From assembly GCA_047495785.1 (NCBI GenBank), contig JBLDXI010000019.1:310001-374000 (forward strand): a DNA stretch of 64,000 bases, written 5' to 3'. The translations under genes were made by a program, and so were the position numbers. Within the stretch, counting starts at the first letter, position 1. Every line of letters starts with the position of its first letter. Below, piece by piece: positions 50,499 to 60,875 of this stretch. Source of the DNA: Lepidodermella squamata (taxonomy: Eukaryota > Animalia > Gastrotricha). A model generated the notes under the pieces. The model had not been told where the DNA came from, made no database searches, and saw nothing but the letters and a program-made list of their open reading frames with translations.

Positions 50499-51094
50499 AT
50501 GATTAATCTTACTAATAGTTGGATTTTGGCGGTTTTTATGTTGGAGACGATATCGGGATCACCGCCTTGTCTTGAGCCCACTGGCAAGTTTTTTTGCCAG
50601 TTTTTGCTAGAAAAATCTTACAGCAATGATTTTACAGATGCCAATATCATATGGTGCGCCAAGTCTGGCAGTTGCAGAGTATGTCGCAGTCTCATTGAAT
50701 CGACAACAATAACAACAACAACATCAACAACTTCCACAACAGCAACAGACAAAACAAAGACCCCGCCAACAAACGCACAGACCCTGTCAGTGTCCTATCT
50801 AACGAACAGCGTGCTGAACATTTCGAAAGACTGCTCACAGATTTTACCGGTTTGTTCTGAATGTACCTGAGTTTAATCACGAAGTTTAACCATTTTTCTC
50901 TGTCCCACCAGGATAATAATATTACCGACGCTTATTCGGTCATTCTTTGGGTTCTATTTGCTCTTGTCATCTTAGCGATTTGCATCTGGCTACTCCGATG
51001 CCGCTCAAGTAAGTTAAAGTTAACGCGTTTGATTTTCAAATTGTGATTGTTTTTATTCCAACATCAAGGGTCTGGCTATATGGCAACTGACTAA
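50499..51094 (+). CDS. Type I membrane protein with Cys motif and Thr-rich stalk (cargo)
   Basis: Signal peptide MINLTNSWILAVFMLETISG, C..CAKSGSCRVC, poly-Thr, a spliced TM exon YSVILWVLFALVILAICIWLL and a short tail. Confidence 0.6.
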
Positions 51095-51854
51095 AATGTT
51101 GATTGCGGCTGGATTAATAGCCAGTGGTTGCAAATAGCTAGCAAAAAACCTATCGAAATGAGCGATGACATCAACAATCAATCAATCAATCTTCATTTTC
51201 GTAAAAAAAACCTATTTATCCACTATCTTTTTGTAATTTTGTAGTGTCTCTTTTTACGCGAAATTTCTAGTCCGAAAGTGTCTCTTTTGCATTTGCATAT
51301 TATTATTATTGTAATAAATAATTATTTGTAAGAAAAGAATCGTTTTAAACCCTGAGTTTTGTTTTATTATCGCTGAATGATAATTTTATTTTATGCAAAA
51401 ATCTTGCTATTGACACCTTTCTGAAAACGATGCAATTTTGCGACTTTGATTCTCCCTCGGCTCATAGCTGCGCATTAAAATGATGTGTTGAGTTCATTCG
51501 GCGTTGCTGCAACAGCTAGGTTCGCTTCACAACAAACTCTCCGAGGGCTAGTACATGGCAATAACTTTTAGTTATGAATTGATTGATGGGAGAAGGCGAG
51601 GTGTATAAAAGTAATGTCGTTTTTATTGCACATCGGTTGCACTTGTCAAACGGTTGTTGAGATTACGAAACATTTATTTTTATCAGCAGAAGTTATTTAT
51701 GGGCGGATTTCAGAAAAAAACTAAGACATAAATATTTTTGAGATACCCTTTGAGATACCGAACCTTAACCCCAAGCCTAAAAGATATCAAAGCATTAATA
51801 AGAAAAAAGAACAACGGCGGGAAAAGATGCTACATGCGGCCATCATATATGCAT

Positions 51855-52086
51855 ATGCATTTGCACACACACTAATAATAATAACAGTACGCGGACGAAA
51901 AACCGCTCAAACGGCTTTAACGTGGCACTGGACGCTCGAAATGCCACAAATTTGACATATTCTTGCTCATCGCATCAATGCGGTCAGTATGACACCGGTT
52001 TCCAGGCAAAATTCGTTAAAATAAGAAAATTTATTTTCCAATGTGCGTATATCATGGTTAAGCTACATTACTGCACGGCGCCGACG
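51855..52086 (-). repeat. Right terminal inverted repeat
   Basis: Ends ...CTGCACGGCGCCGACG followed by ATAT. Confidence 0.95.
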
Positions 52087-52090
52087 ATAT

Positions 52091-52655
52091 TGCTATGCAA
52101 CGTTACCCCACAGCGGCGAGAATGAGTGGTGCATTTGTTGAGCCTAGGCCTGCCCATCCGACTTACTATCAAGCAGTTCCTCGTGTGCATAATATTTCCA
52201 CGGCTAGTGGCTTCGGGCCCGTTTATCCAAGGAGGGACGAAAATGCTATGCAAAGTTACCCTCCAGCGACGGGAATGAGGGGTGCGTCCTATGCCGAGCC
52301 TAAGCCTGCCCAACCGCAGGCTATTATCATCATGGCTCCACGAGTTTCATTCGATGAATCTACCAATCGTCTCAGGAAAGCAGCATGTTGGATGGCAATC
52401 ATTTCGCTGTTCCTGGGATGTTTGCCGCTGTCGATTCCTGCTTTTATATGCTATAGCAGGAAGAACAGAAGTCTTGAAGCTACTAGCAGAAAAGCAAGGG
52501 ATACCTACAAATGCTCGATAGTGACATCATCGATATCAATTGTCCTGGGCATTTCTATCACTGCAATTATTGTATGGCTGAGAGTAGTGGTCTACTCATC
52601 TTCATCGTCGCCTGGTACCAATCCTACTTATTACAATTCAGCTTCATTTGGCTGA
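52091..52655 (+). pseudogene. 3' part of the interrupted CD225/dispanin-like gene (still an open frame from ATG 52095)
   Basis: RLRKAACWMAIISLFLGCLPLSIPAFICY...YKCSIVTSSISIVLG; contains a second copy of the ~52-aa N-terminal repeat. Confidence 0.85.
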
Positions 52656-54266
52656 TAACAATCTGATGAATAGTCGAATCAGTTCAATTAATAGACTCGT
52701 GCGCCTGTTGACAGTTTCAGAAGCTCAGATACAAAATGTCAATAAATAACCCATTATTCATTGCTAATCTTGTTTGAAGTTGGAAGAAACCAAGTACGGC
52801 GAGTATAAAGTATGATTAATTGTGTGGGCAAGATAAATCAGATATGTGACGGGAAAACTCCCCGTTGTCGTGGGACGCCTTCCGCGTTCTCCCGTCATCC
52901 GTCCGTACGTACGTCAATGAGGATAAGACTGCGTTTTAAATAGAGGAGTCAGAGTCACAGTCAGATGCCGCCGGATAATTTAATGTATTAAGCTCACAGG
53001 TAAACAAATGGTTGTCTAACGCGTAAAGAATTGTCTTGAAAGATACTGAAACGAGTGGATAACACCGGTTCGCTGCAAATTAACGCAACGACAAACGAAT
53101 ACCTATACTATACTCCCACGCTTTTGGATAATTCTTTAATCAGCTGTGGGCGGGTCAGTTAAAATTTACTGTCATGTAATTCAATATACTCACCCGCGTA
53201 TTCAATTAAATTCGGCATAAGCATAGAGAACAGATTGATCACTCCTTTCTCTAGTGAAATGAATCATCTTGCTAAAGCAATAAATCATACTCACCGGCTT
53301 ACTTTGATTTCTTCAAACTTCTAACGAAAATTTCATTTATGAATAATCGGCGAGATTGAATCTTTGCGACCCTCAGCGATCACTGCTCGTCTGAAGACTA
53401 AATCAGCAGTCTAAACTATCAGTCATGAGTTGACCGGGCAAACATGCTCAGTCAACTCATGACATTCAAAACAGACTGACGTTCATTTGGTGCCTGAATC
53501 TCAATCTTATTGTGTTTTTCTCGTTTTGCAACAGTCGGCTGTAGGCCTGAAATCTGAACCAAGTCACCGAAGTTGTCAGAATCAACTAATTAAAGCCACA
53601 GTTACAAAAATGGCATATATTTATGCTTGATTCAACTTATTTTTGCCTGAATAATTTGACTCTTTTACATTTTACACAGTTAGGGGCCATGAATGAGAGC
53701 CCTTTCGATGCGAAATGGCCATATTTGCGGTGATCAATACTGTCCAGCCACTGAACTAACCTTCAGTTCTGGAAGTTTTCCATGCGATGGGGCACATTGT
53801 TGGTGTGCGGCAAATTTCGCCACTTATAGGCCCCTCGCCCCTCTGAACAGGCAACAGGGAAAACTAACATGCGAAAAGTTAGTTTTGCCATCTTGCCATC
53901 TTCCTACTGCCGACTGTCGGCGCAAGATGACGTTTTGGCAAGATGACTTATGCCGAGTTTATTTGAACACGCGAGTGAGCATAGTGCCTTACATGCCTGG
54001 AAATTTATACCGAACCCGTCACCCGCCCACAGCTATCATCTAAAAAGAAAGCTATTATCTAAAAGCGTTACGAAATGTCATGAAACATAATAAAACCAAA
54101 ACACGAATGAATAACACCAGTCGCTGTGAAATTATCACGCAAAATTGCTATAATGTGCCCACACGAATTTTTTGAAAATTGACAGCAAAACACGAGTTTT
54201 AAAATTTTTATCAACAGAGGTACTGGATCCAATAATCTAGAATTTGCTTTCCAAACATCCGTTAAA

Positions 54267-54845
54267 ATGTTTACAGTCCTAAATGAGAACTCAGATAAAG
54301 GATCAGATACATCTGATCACCCGCTGTCCTTCAACCAAGTAGTTACGCATAGTGAAGAAGGCGCTGGGTCTGCAAATACAACTGTTCCCCCGCCGTCATC
54401 CCATGCTGACGTCGCTGGTTTTGCCGATCCAAGGAAGGAAAATATTGGTATGCAAAGCTACGTGCCAGCGCCTAGAATGAACGGTGCAGCTGCACAAGTT
54501 GTGACCTCTCAACCGCAGGCAATCGTCATCATGGCTCGACGAGTTTCATCAACCGATAAATTAACCATTTGCCTAAAGAAAACTGCATATTTCATGGTAT
54601 GCATTTCGCTGTTCATTGGATGTTTGTTAATATCGGTTCCCGCCTGGGCATGCTATCGTCAAGCGAGTCGAAGTGCGCAAGCTAAGAGCAGTATGTCACG
54701 GGGTAGCTACATATGCTCGATAGTGACGTCAGTGATATCAATAGCCGTAAATATAATTATCATATGGGCAAATGTGGCATTCTCTTCACCTGACACAAAA
54801 CCTAATACTACCCGTATCAGTTTTTGGGTATCAGTATCAGGATGA
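54267..54845 (+). CDS. CD225/dispanin-like membrane protein with a MITE-altered C-terminus
   Basis: LKKTAYFMVCISLFIGCLLISVPAWACY...YICSIVTSVISIAV; paralog of the 52095 and 26675 genes. Confidence 0.75.
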   Translation: MFTVLNENSDKGSDTSDHPLSFNQVVTHSEEGAGSANTTVPPPSSHADVAGFADPRKENIGMQSYVPAPRMNGAAAQVVTSQPQAIVIMARRVSSTDKLTICLKKTAYFMVCISLFIGCLLISVPAWACYRQASRSAQAKSSMSRGSYICSIVTSVISIAVNIIIIWANVAFSSPDTKPNTTRISFWVSVSG

Positions 54846-54939
54846 AATATGCTAATGAGCACTCTTAGCATGAACATTTTTTTGCCAAGAGTGCTCATAA
54901 GCATATTTCATGCTGCGGAATACTGAAAACTGATACGGG
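54811..54939. mobile_element. 129-bp palindromic MITE with TA target duplication
   Basis: TA-CCCGTATCAGTTTT...AAAACTGATACGGG-TA with internal inverted arms. Removing it restores PNTNYVSNSYFGW*. Confidence 0.85.
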
Positions 54940-55264
54940 TAACTACGTGTCTAATTCTTACTTCGGATGGTAACAATATGATTGTGCGGGATCGGAAAAG
55001 GTTAATAATCAATCCTGTGCTGTCTATTACAAAAGCCGAAGTTTTTAAATAAAGAGGGATGAAAAAATTTCTTCACTTTGTAATTGAGAATTGTCTAAAA
55101 GCGTAAAAAATGTCTTCAAACATATTACTATAGGCGAAGCTCACATAATAACATAATAAGCGCATAATAAGAAACCGGCTAACTATACTCCAGCAGAAAA
55201 TCTCAATATAAATAAAGCTATCAAACCCGATGATCAATATTTCGCTTTCTAAACATCCGTGGAA

Positions 55265-55413
55265 ATGTCTGCAGTTGTGAACGAAAACGAAATTGAAGGG
55301 CCAAATAAAACAGATCCCCCACAGTTATACGACCAAGCAACCACAATGCTAACGGCGCCGGGTTCGGCAATTCATGAAAGGAAAATTTTGGAATGCGAAG
55401 TTACGCGCTGGCG
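55265..55413 (+). pseudogene. Truncated 5' fragment of another array gene
   Basis: Upstream sequence and N-terminus (MSAVVNENE..TDPP) are similar to the 54267 gene; frameshifted and cut off at about 55413. Confidence 0.6.
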
Positions 55414-55773
55414 ATATCCACGGCATTGATATCTTAGGTATTGATTTCACTCATGTACACTCTCCATTTACGTACACGTTTCTAGCAGATCCCGTGAAAG
55501 TGTACGATGGTGAGTACTGACTGTAGTTCAGGTCATCTCTCCTTTGAGCATTCGTTGTGCACCACCTCGGCCCGGTGCTCAAATTTGTTGAGCATCTTTG
55601 ATCATTCCGTTAAGCAATGTTGAGCACTCCGTTGTGCAAATTAAGCAGAAGTTGAGATATTTCTTTGGGCAAGTTGTGCATCTTCGAGCAACTCTCGAGC
55701 ACTCGTTGAGCGGCTCTTGAGCACCGCGTTCAGCACCAGCCGTCAGTGACACAATTCAATTAAAAAAAATTCA

Positions 55774-55845
55774 GTCGCCCGGCGGGAATTGAACCAGTGA
55801 CCACTGCCCTCAAATTCACAATCGAATACCTTGCGCCCCTGGTTC
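55774..55845 (-). mobile_element. Possible tRNA-derived SINE head remnant
   Basis: B-box-like GGTTCAATTCCC followed by GCCGGGCGA, with a weak A-box upstream; no complete cloverleaf. Confidence 0.3.
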
Positions 55846-57182
55846 CACATAAATGGATTTTTTTTTAAACTCGACTTATCGATAATTTCATTTGCTGGAA
55901 ATTTGAACTTAGGCAGTTTCGACTGTTAGTTACCCAGTCGAACGGAGGTCCTATTTTTGTTATAAAATGTCATGGTAAAGTAATATAAATGTGACATGAT
56001 CAAGCTTTGGTTACACGACTGTTCCATGATAATCGTCGTTTTTAGACTAGCGGAGGGTTACGGAGGGGTTCGTTAATGCCATCAGTTGCCAGACGCTTTG
56101 TTTTGATTACGCAACAGCGCTCTCGCGAAAAAAGTGAATTTTCATTTTTTAATTGGTTTTCAGAGTGAAAATGCCTTGAGAATTTTTTTTACTGAAAAAT
56201 GAGTTGTAGCTAAAGGAAATTATGTTTAGGTTGGGCCGAAATCAAATTCAGCTACCAGCAAATTAATTTTCGTGGCTATGGCACTCAAAATGGAGGCTGG
56301 GCAAAATCATTTTGCTGCATTTCACTGCTGTGAAGAATATTTTGAATGTCGAATGTGACATCAAAATGTGTTGTATTTTATTATTTTATTTTATTATTTT
56401 TTATACATGTCGTTCTTCAAAGCAAGGACCGCGACGATGTTTTTCATATTTTGTAGACGTCGAAATGGGGGATGATTAAAAATTAAAAATTATTATAAAT
56501 CTGCTGTTATAGCGTGTAAAATAACCAAAATTACCGAAGCAGGAGTTTTCCGGGTTTTCCCTGTAAATTTTTAATTTCTACGGTAAATCGCGGATATAGG
56601 CTGGAAGATTCTTCCCATAGGTTTGATTTTGAAAAAATTCAGCTAAATTTCCTCCAAAAACTTGCAAAAATCAATAACGATAACTTATGGAACACGCTGA
56701 ATTTCTTTCGGCTACTTACTCTTATTCTTTATATCGCGATTAAAAAGGATCAAATATTTTCCTCGTTTTTTTATTCCAAAAATTTGAAAATTTAAAAAAT
56801 GGTTGAGTAAATCATGGGACAAGTTTTATTTGTTGTAGGTCACGACTTTCATTAGAAAAATAGGGCGAAATTCTCAATCCGTGACCATCTAAATGGTGAA
56901 CCGATTTTAAAAAATTATCGACGTCAGGGTTGATAGTCAAATATTCTTTCTTGCTCATCAAATTTCCGATTTGAGTATGGCAAAATTAGTAAATTTAATC
57001 AGATAATCAAATTTTTGAAGAAATTCAACGTGCCGAAATATTCCACTAATTGAGGCTACAAGTAAAGATAACTTTCAAGTACCCATAAAGAAGAAATTAT
57101 ACTTCTAAAATTCATTTTTGAAATTGCTTTCTTGACGCTTTGGAAAAAAATCGAGATTCAAATTTCCGAAATTCCTCAGTTG

Positions 57183-57535
57183 CGTAATCGAAATTTGTCT
57201 TAACAGAGCCTCTAAATAGAGCATAGTAACCGATGGCGTTAACGAACGCCTCCGTACCCCTCCGTCGTGTAAAAACGACGAGTCTCATGATGGTCATATG
57301 CCGGGAAGATAATCGCTGAAATTCGGTCATGTACCATTAATGTGACTTTCGTATGACATCTACGGCCATGTGACCGTTATATGATAGCAGTAGGACAAAG
57401 TGCGTTTATAATGGCTGAATGGCTTCGAGGCTAATCGTCGTTTTTACACGACGGAGGGGCGGTACGGAGGCGTTCGTTAACGCCATCGGTTGCTACACTC
57501 TTAATTTAGGCTCCGTTAAGACACATTTTGATAAT
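57183..57535. repeat. Long inverted repeat (~100-bp arms)
   Basis: 57183-57282 is the reverse complement of about 57432-57535; a related partial copy lies at about 56030-56090. Confidence 0.8.
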
Positions 57536-57612
57536 GAAACTGAGCCTTTGAAAAAAATAAAGTTTTTATGTATTTTTCACACTATGAAATTTGGCGCTGT
57601 TTCTTTGCAAAA

Positions 57613-57825
57613 ATGAGGCGTTTTTTGAGAAAAATAATGTTTAGACTCAGTTTGAATAGGAGACGCCGGTTAGTACTTGAATTTTCATCAATCGTGAGTC
57701 GACGGTTTTGGACGCGAGCAAGGAGCCGAACTTGTGCTAATGAAATTTTTTTAAATTTCACCTACGAGGAGATGATATCTAACATTAGAATGTATCGAGG
57801 GGCCTATAATCATCTGGTTGAGGTT
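57613..57825 (+). pseudogene. PIF/Harbinger transposase N-terminal remnant (5' part)
   Basis: RRFWTRARS..FTYEEMISNIRMYRGAYNHLVEV resembles the Harbinger W.R.RS..NFRM.R..F..L motif and continues at 60750. Confidence 0.65.
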
Positions 57826-57829
57826 GTAT

Positions 57830-60749
57830 ACTTTTTATTTATTTATTTAAGAGCTTAAGTCCGTAGCGGAACGCTCACAACAATGTTAATCGGGCAATCC
57901 ACTCATAGCCGGCAGAAAAATCAGAGTCATATTCAGTCCGTTTCAAATTCCATTTGTTCATTTTGGTAGTGATATTACAAAACAACAACAACAACTAACA
58001 ACAACTAACAACAACAACTAACGTTAAAATTAGAGAGAATGAGATGTAAGGTAAGCTCATATAAAAATAGTTTCTATTAAAATTTACAATTTTTGGGACG
58101 CGTTTGAAAACTGGAATGGCGCATCGCCGAGAAGGTAAAGATATACATTTTGTCGACACTCATGCGCTGATTTCGATTCTTGTACGTGGCGAGGCAAAGC
58201 ATTCCAAGCTACAGCTCCTTTGAAAGCGAGAGTTGATTGAGCACGTTTGCAAGTGAAAAATGGCACTTCCAAAGCTTGGTCGAAATAGCTGCGTAGGTTG
58301 CGTGGTTGTTCTTTCGATTTGAACATATCGCGCAAAGTTGTAGGCGCTTCTTGGTTCAAGCATTTCCAAACCATTGTGATGATGTGCACTTTTCGCTTGC
58401 CCGCCATGTCAAGCCAACCCAGTTGATTTTGCATTTCGCTAGGGTCAGCCGTTCGGTTTTTTCGTAGGATGATGCGCATGACTCTGTTTTGGACGGATTG
58501 AATAGCTTTTAGATTGCTGTCAGACGCCTGGTCCAAAACTGTGTCACAGTAGTTCAAGTGACTCAATACTACTGCGTTAGCCATCGTGACCAAAGATTTC
58601 CTGTTCAAATGTTTTGAAGCCATTTTAAGAGCGTAGGTACCTCGGTTCGCCTTAGCGCGAACTTCGCTGATGTGCGTTTTCAGGAGTAACGCATTGTCCA
58701 ACGTTAACCCGAGAATTTTCATGGTCTTCGAATCTGCAAGTTTCACACCTTCGACTGTCACTTCGATGTTCGGTTTCTTTCTCTTGGTTGAGAGGACCAG
58801 TAGTTGAGACTTCTTGCCGTTCACTTGCAAGCAGTTTCGTCCGAGCCAAGAACACATCGAGTCCAAGTCAGCTTGAAGGCGCGTCTGAGCGATGTCCGGG
58901 CATTCGTGGCTGTAATAGATAGTGGTGTCATCGGCATATTGCGCGATAGATGAATGAAGAACTGTAGATGAGATTTCGTTTATATACATTGTAAACAACA
59001 GCGGGCCTAAAACACTTCCCTGAGGCACTCCAAAGTTGATTTTGAGCGGCGACGAGAGACTATTGTTGACTTTGACGATTTGGTACCGGTTAGATAAGTA
59101 TGATCTCATCACTTTCAAAGCTTGGTTGTCGAATCCGGCGCTAGCTAACGATGATATTATACCGTCGTGGTGCAAGGAATCGAATGCCTTCGACAAGTCG
59201 ATCGCAACGGCGGCAACGGTTTCAGATTCGCTCAGAGCAAGTTTCCAATCACTGACGACTTTGTTGAGGCAGGTTTCGGTAGAATGATATTTTCTAAAGC
59301 CATATTGGTTGTTCGAGAGAAAGCTAATATTGTTAAGATGAATTTTGATTTGCTCGGCCAGACATCTTTCGAGTGTTCGAGAGATTGGCGAGAGAATAGA
59401 AATTGGCCGGTAGTTTTCGACCTTGTCTTTTGCGCCGTCTTTGTGAAGAGGGCTCACGATAGCGATTTGCCAGTCTGATGGAAAGTCACCTGTGTCGATG
59501 ATGCAATTAAAAAGTATCGTAAGATGTTCAGCTATCGTCGGACCGCAAAGCTTCAAAATCGATTCGGGTAATTCGTCATATCCAGTGGTTCTTTTCGTTT
59601 TTAGACGATTCAGAGCTAATAGAACATGTTCCCGCGTGACTGGTTTAAAGCTGAATTTTTTCGACGTGTTGAAGAATCTTGTGAAATCGAGGCTTGTGAG
59701 TAGAGGTTCGGCAACGTTTTTCCCAACATTGCTGAAGAATGTGTTAAATTTGTTAGCTAAATTGAGAGATTCCTCGGGGGATTGAGCATCAAATTCGGAG
59801 GATTTCGAATTCCTAGGTCTGAAACTATTGATCACTTGCCACATCTTACGTGAATTTTTGTCAGCCTCGGTGATTTGAGCTTGCCACTTGGCTCTGCGTA
59901 TCTTCCGACGTAGATTTCCTTGCTTTTTCAGTTGGCGTTCGTTTTTAAACGGCTCGGGTTTCTTCGTCTTCGGCTTGAGTGAAATCCGTTTAAGCTGAAT
60001 AGGTGCATGTTTATTGAGCGTTCGCTGGACTGCCGCTTTGATCCGCAGCCAGTAGATTTCGACAGGTTCGTCGTAGTCGATTTGTACATTTTTGAGCTCT
60101 GTTTCGAGATCAGTGCAAAACACCTTGGCATCAATTTTGCTAAGATTCCTGTACTTGATTTCGCGATATTTGGGCAGTTGATAATTCGATTCGTCGTCTT
60201 CAAACACCATAGATATGCCGAGATGGTCACATTTTGGCATAGAGGGAGTTGTTCCACTTTGCCTGATTCTGTTATCGAAATTTGTCCAGAAATGATCGAG
60301 CAAAGTACCTGATTTCGGACGAGTGATGTCGGTTGTGTTCGTAGTCCTGTAGTTGAAGCTTCCGAAGCTTGCAGTCACTTCTTCCTTTATTTCATCGTCC
60401 AGCAGGTTCCAGTTGAGATCACCTCCTATGAATCGAAGATGCGCAGATGCGTAGCGTGCCGAGTTTTCAACCAAGAAGGTATCGAGTTCGTCGTAGTCGC
60501 AAGATTCCGGCGGGCGGTAGGCAACGGTTGCCGATATCGTTAAACCTGATTCCAGTCGAATGTGGGCTTGTATATTTTCGATGGTGGATTCAAAAGAGTT
60601 GTGTTCGATAATTTGCAGTCGTTTGTGAACCAGAAGTGCGACTCCGCCTCCACGAGATAGCTTGTTTTTCGATTTCTTCGCGTGAGGCCGCCCTTTCCAT
60701 AAGCAAGTATAAGATGGAAATGCTTCCTCGACTAAGATGGAAATGCTTC
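57830..60749 (-). mobile_element. 5'-truncated CR1/L2-group LINE (APE endonuclease + RT)
   Basis: Uninterrupted ORF2, 3' UTR with (GTT/GTTA)n and a (TAAA)n tail at about 57831-57849; tandem duplication of AAGATGGAAATGCTTCCTCGAC at the 5' junction. Confidence 0.9.
58084..60740 (-). CDS. LINE ORF2: APE endonuclease (N-terminally truncated) and reverse transcriptase
   Basis: GGGVALLV, YRPP, GDLN, LLDH, DH; NYRPISIL, QYGFR, DLSKAFD, GVPQGSVLGPLLF, YADD, LNYC, WNALP. Confidence 0.95.
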
Positions 60750-60875
60750 CTCGACAATGACTTGTATCGGGAGGATACAATTTTTCGGCCGGCGTTTCCT
60801 GTTTGGCACCGAGTCGGAGCAGCTTTGTGGTTTCTTGCCACACATGGTGAAATGCGTACCGTCGGTGAATTACCG
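60750..60875 (+). pseudogene. PIF/Harbinger transposase remnant (continuation)
   Basis: LDNDLYREDTIFRPAFPVWHRVGAALWFLATHGEMRTVGEL matches Harbinger L.R.DT..R.AI....RVA.AL..LAT; the catalytic part is missing. Confidence 0.7.

Larger units (their letters stand above)
33360..52086. mobile_element. 18,727-bp cargo-carrying Sola1-type DNA transposon
   Basis: ~230-bp TIRs with the outer 69 bp identical (CGTCGGCGCCGTGCAG...); 4-bp TSD ATAT at 33356-33359 and 52087-52090; internal DDD transposase; precise empty-site reconstruction restores a host ORF. Confidence 0.92.

Noticed and set aside
33360-52086. Polinton/Maverick or endogenous virus interpretation of the 18.7-kb TIR element
   Set aside because: No protein-primed PolB, retroviral-type integrase, packaging ATPase or capsid ORF is recognisable. 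The TSD is 4 bp rather than 6 bp, and the genes are intron-rich.
55774-55845. Functional tRNA gene
   Set aside because: Only a B-box/T-arm-like part is present; no acceptor stem pairing or anticodon arm could be built.
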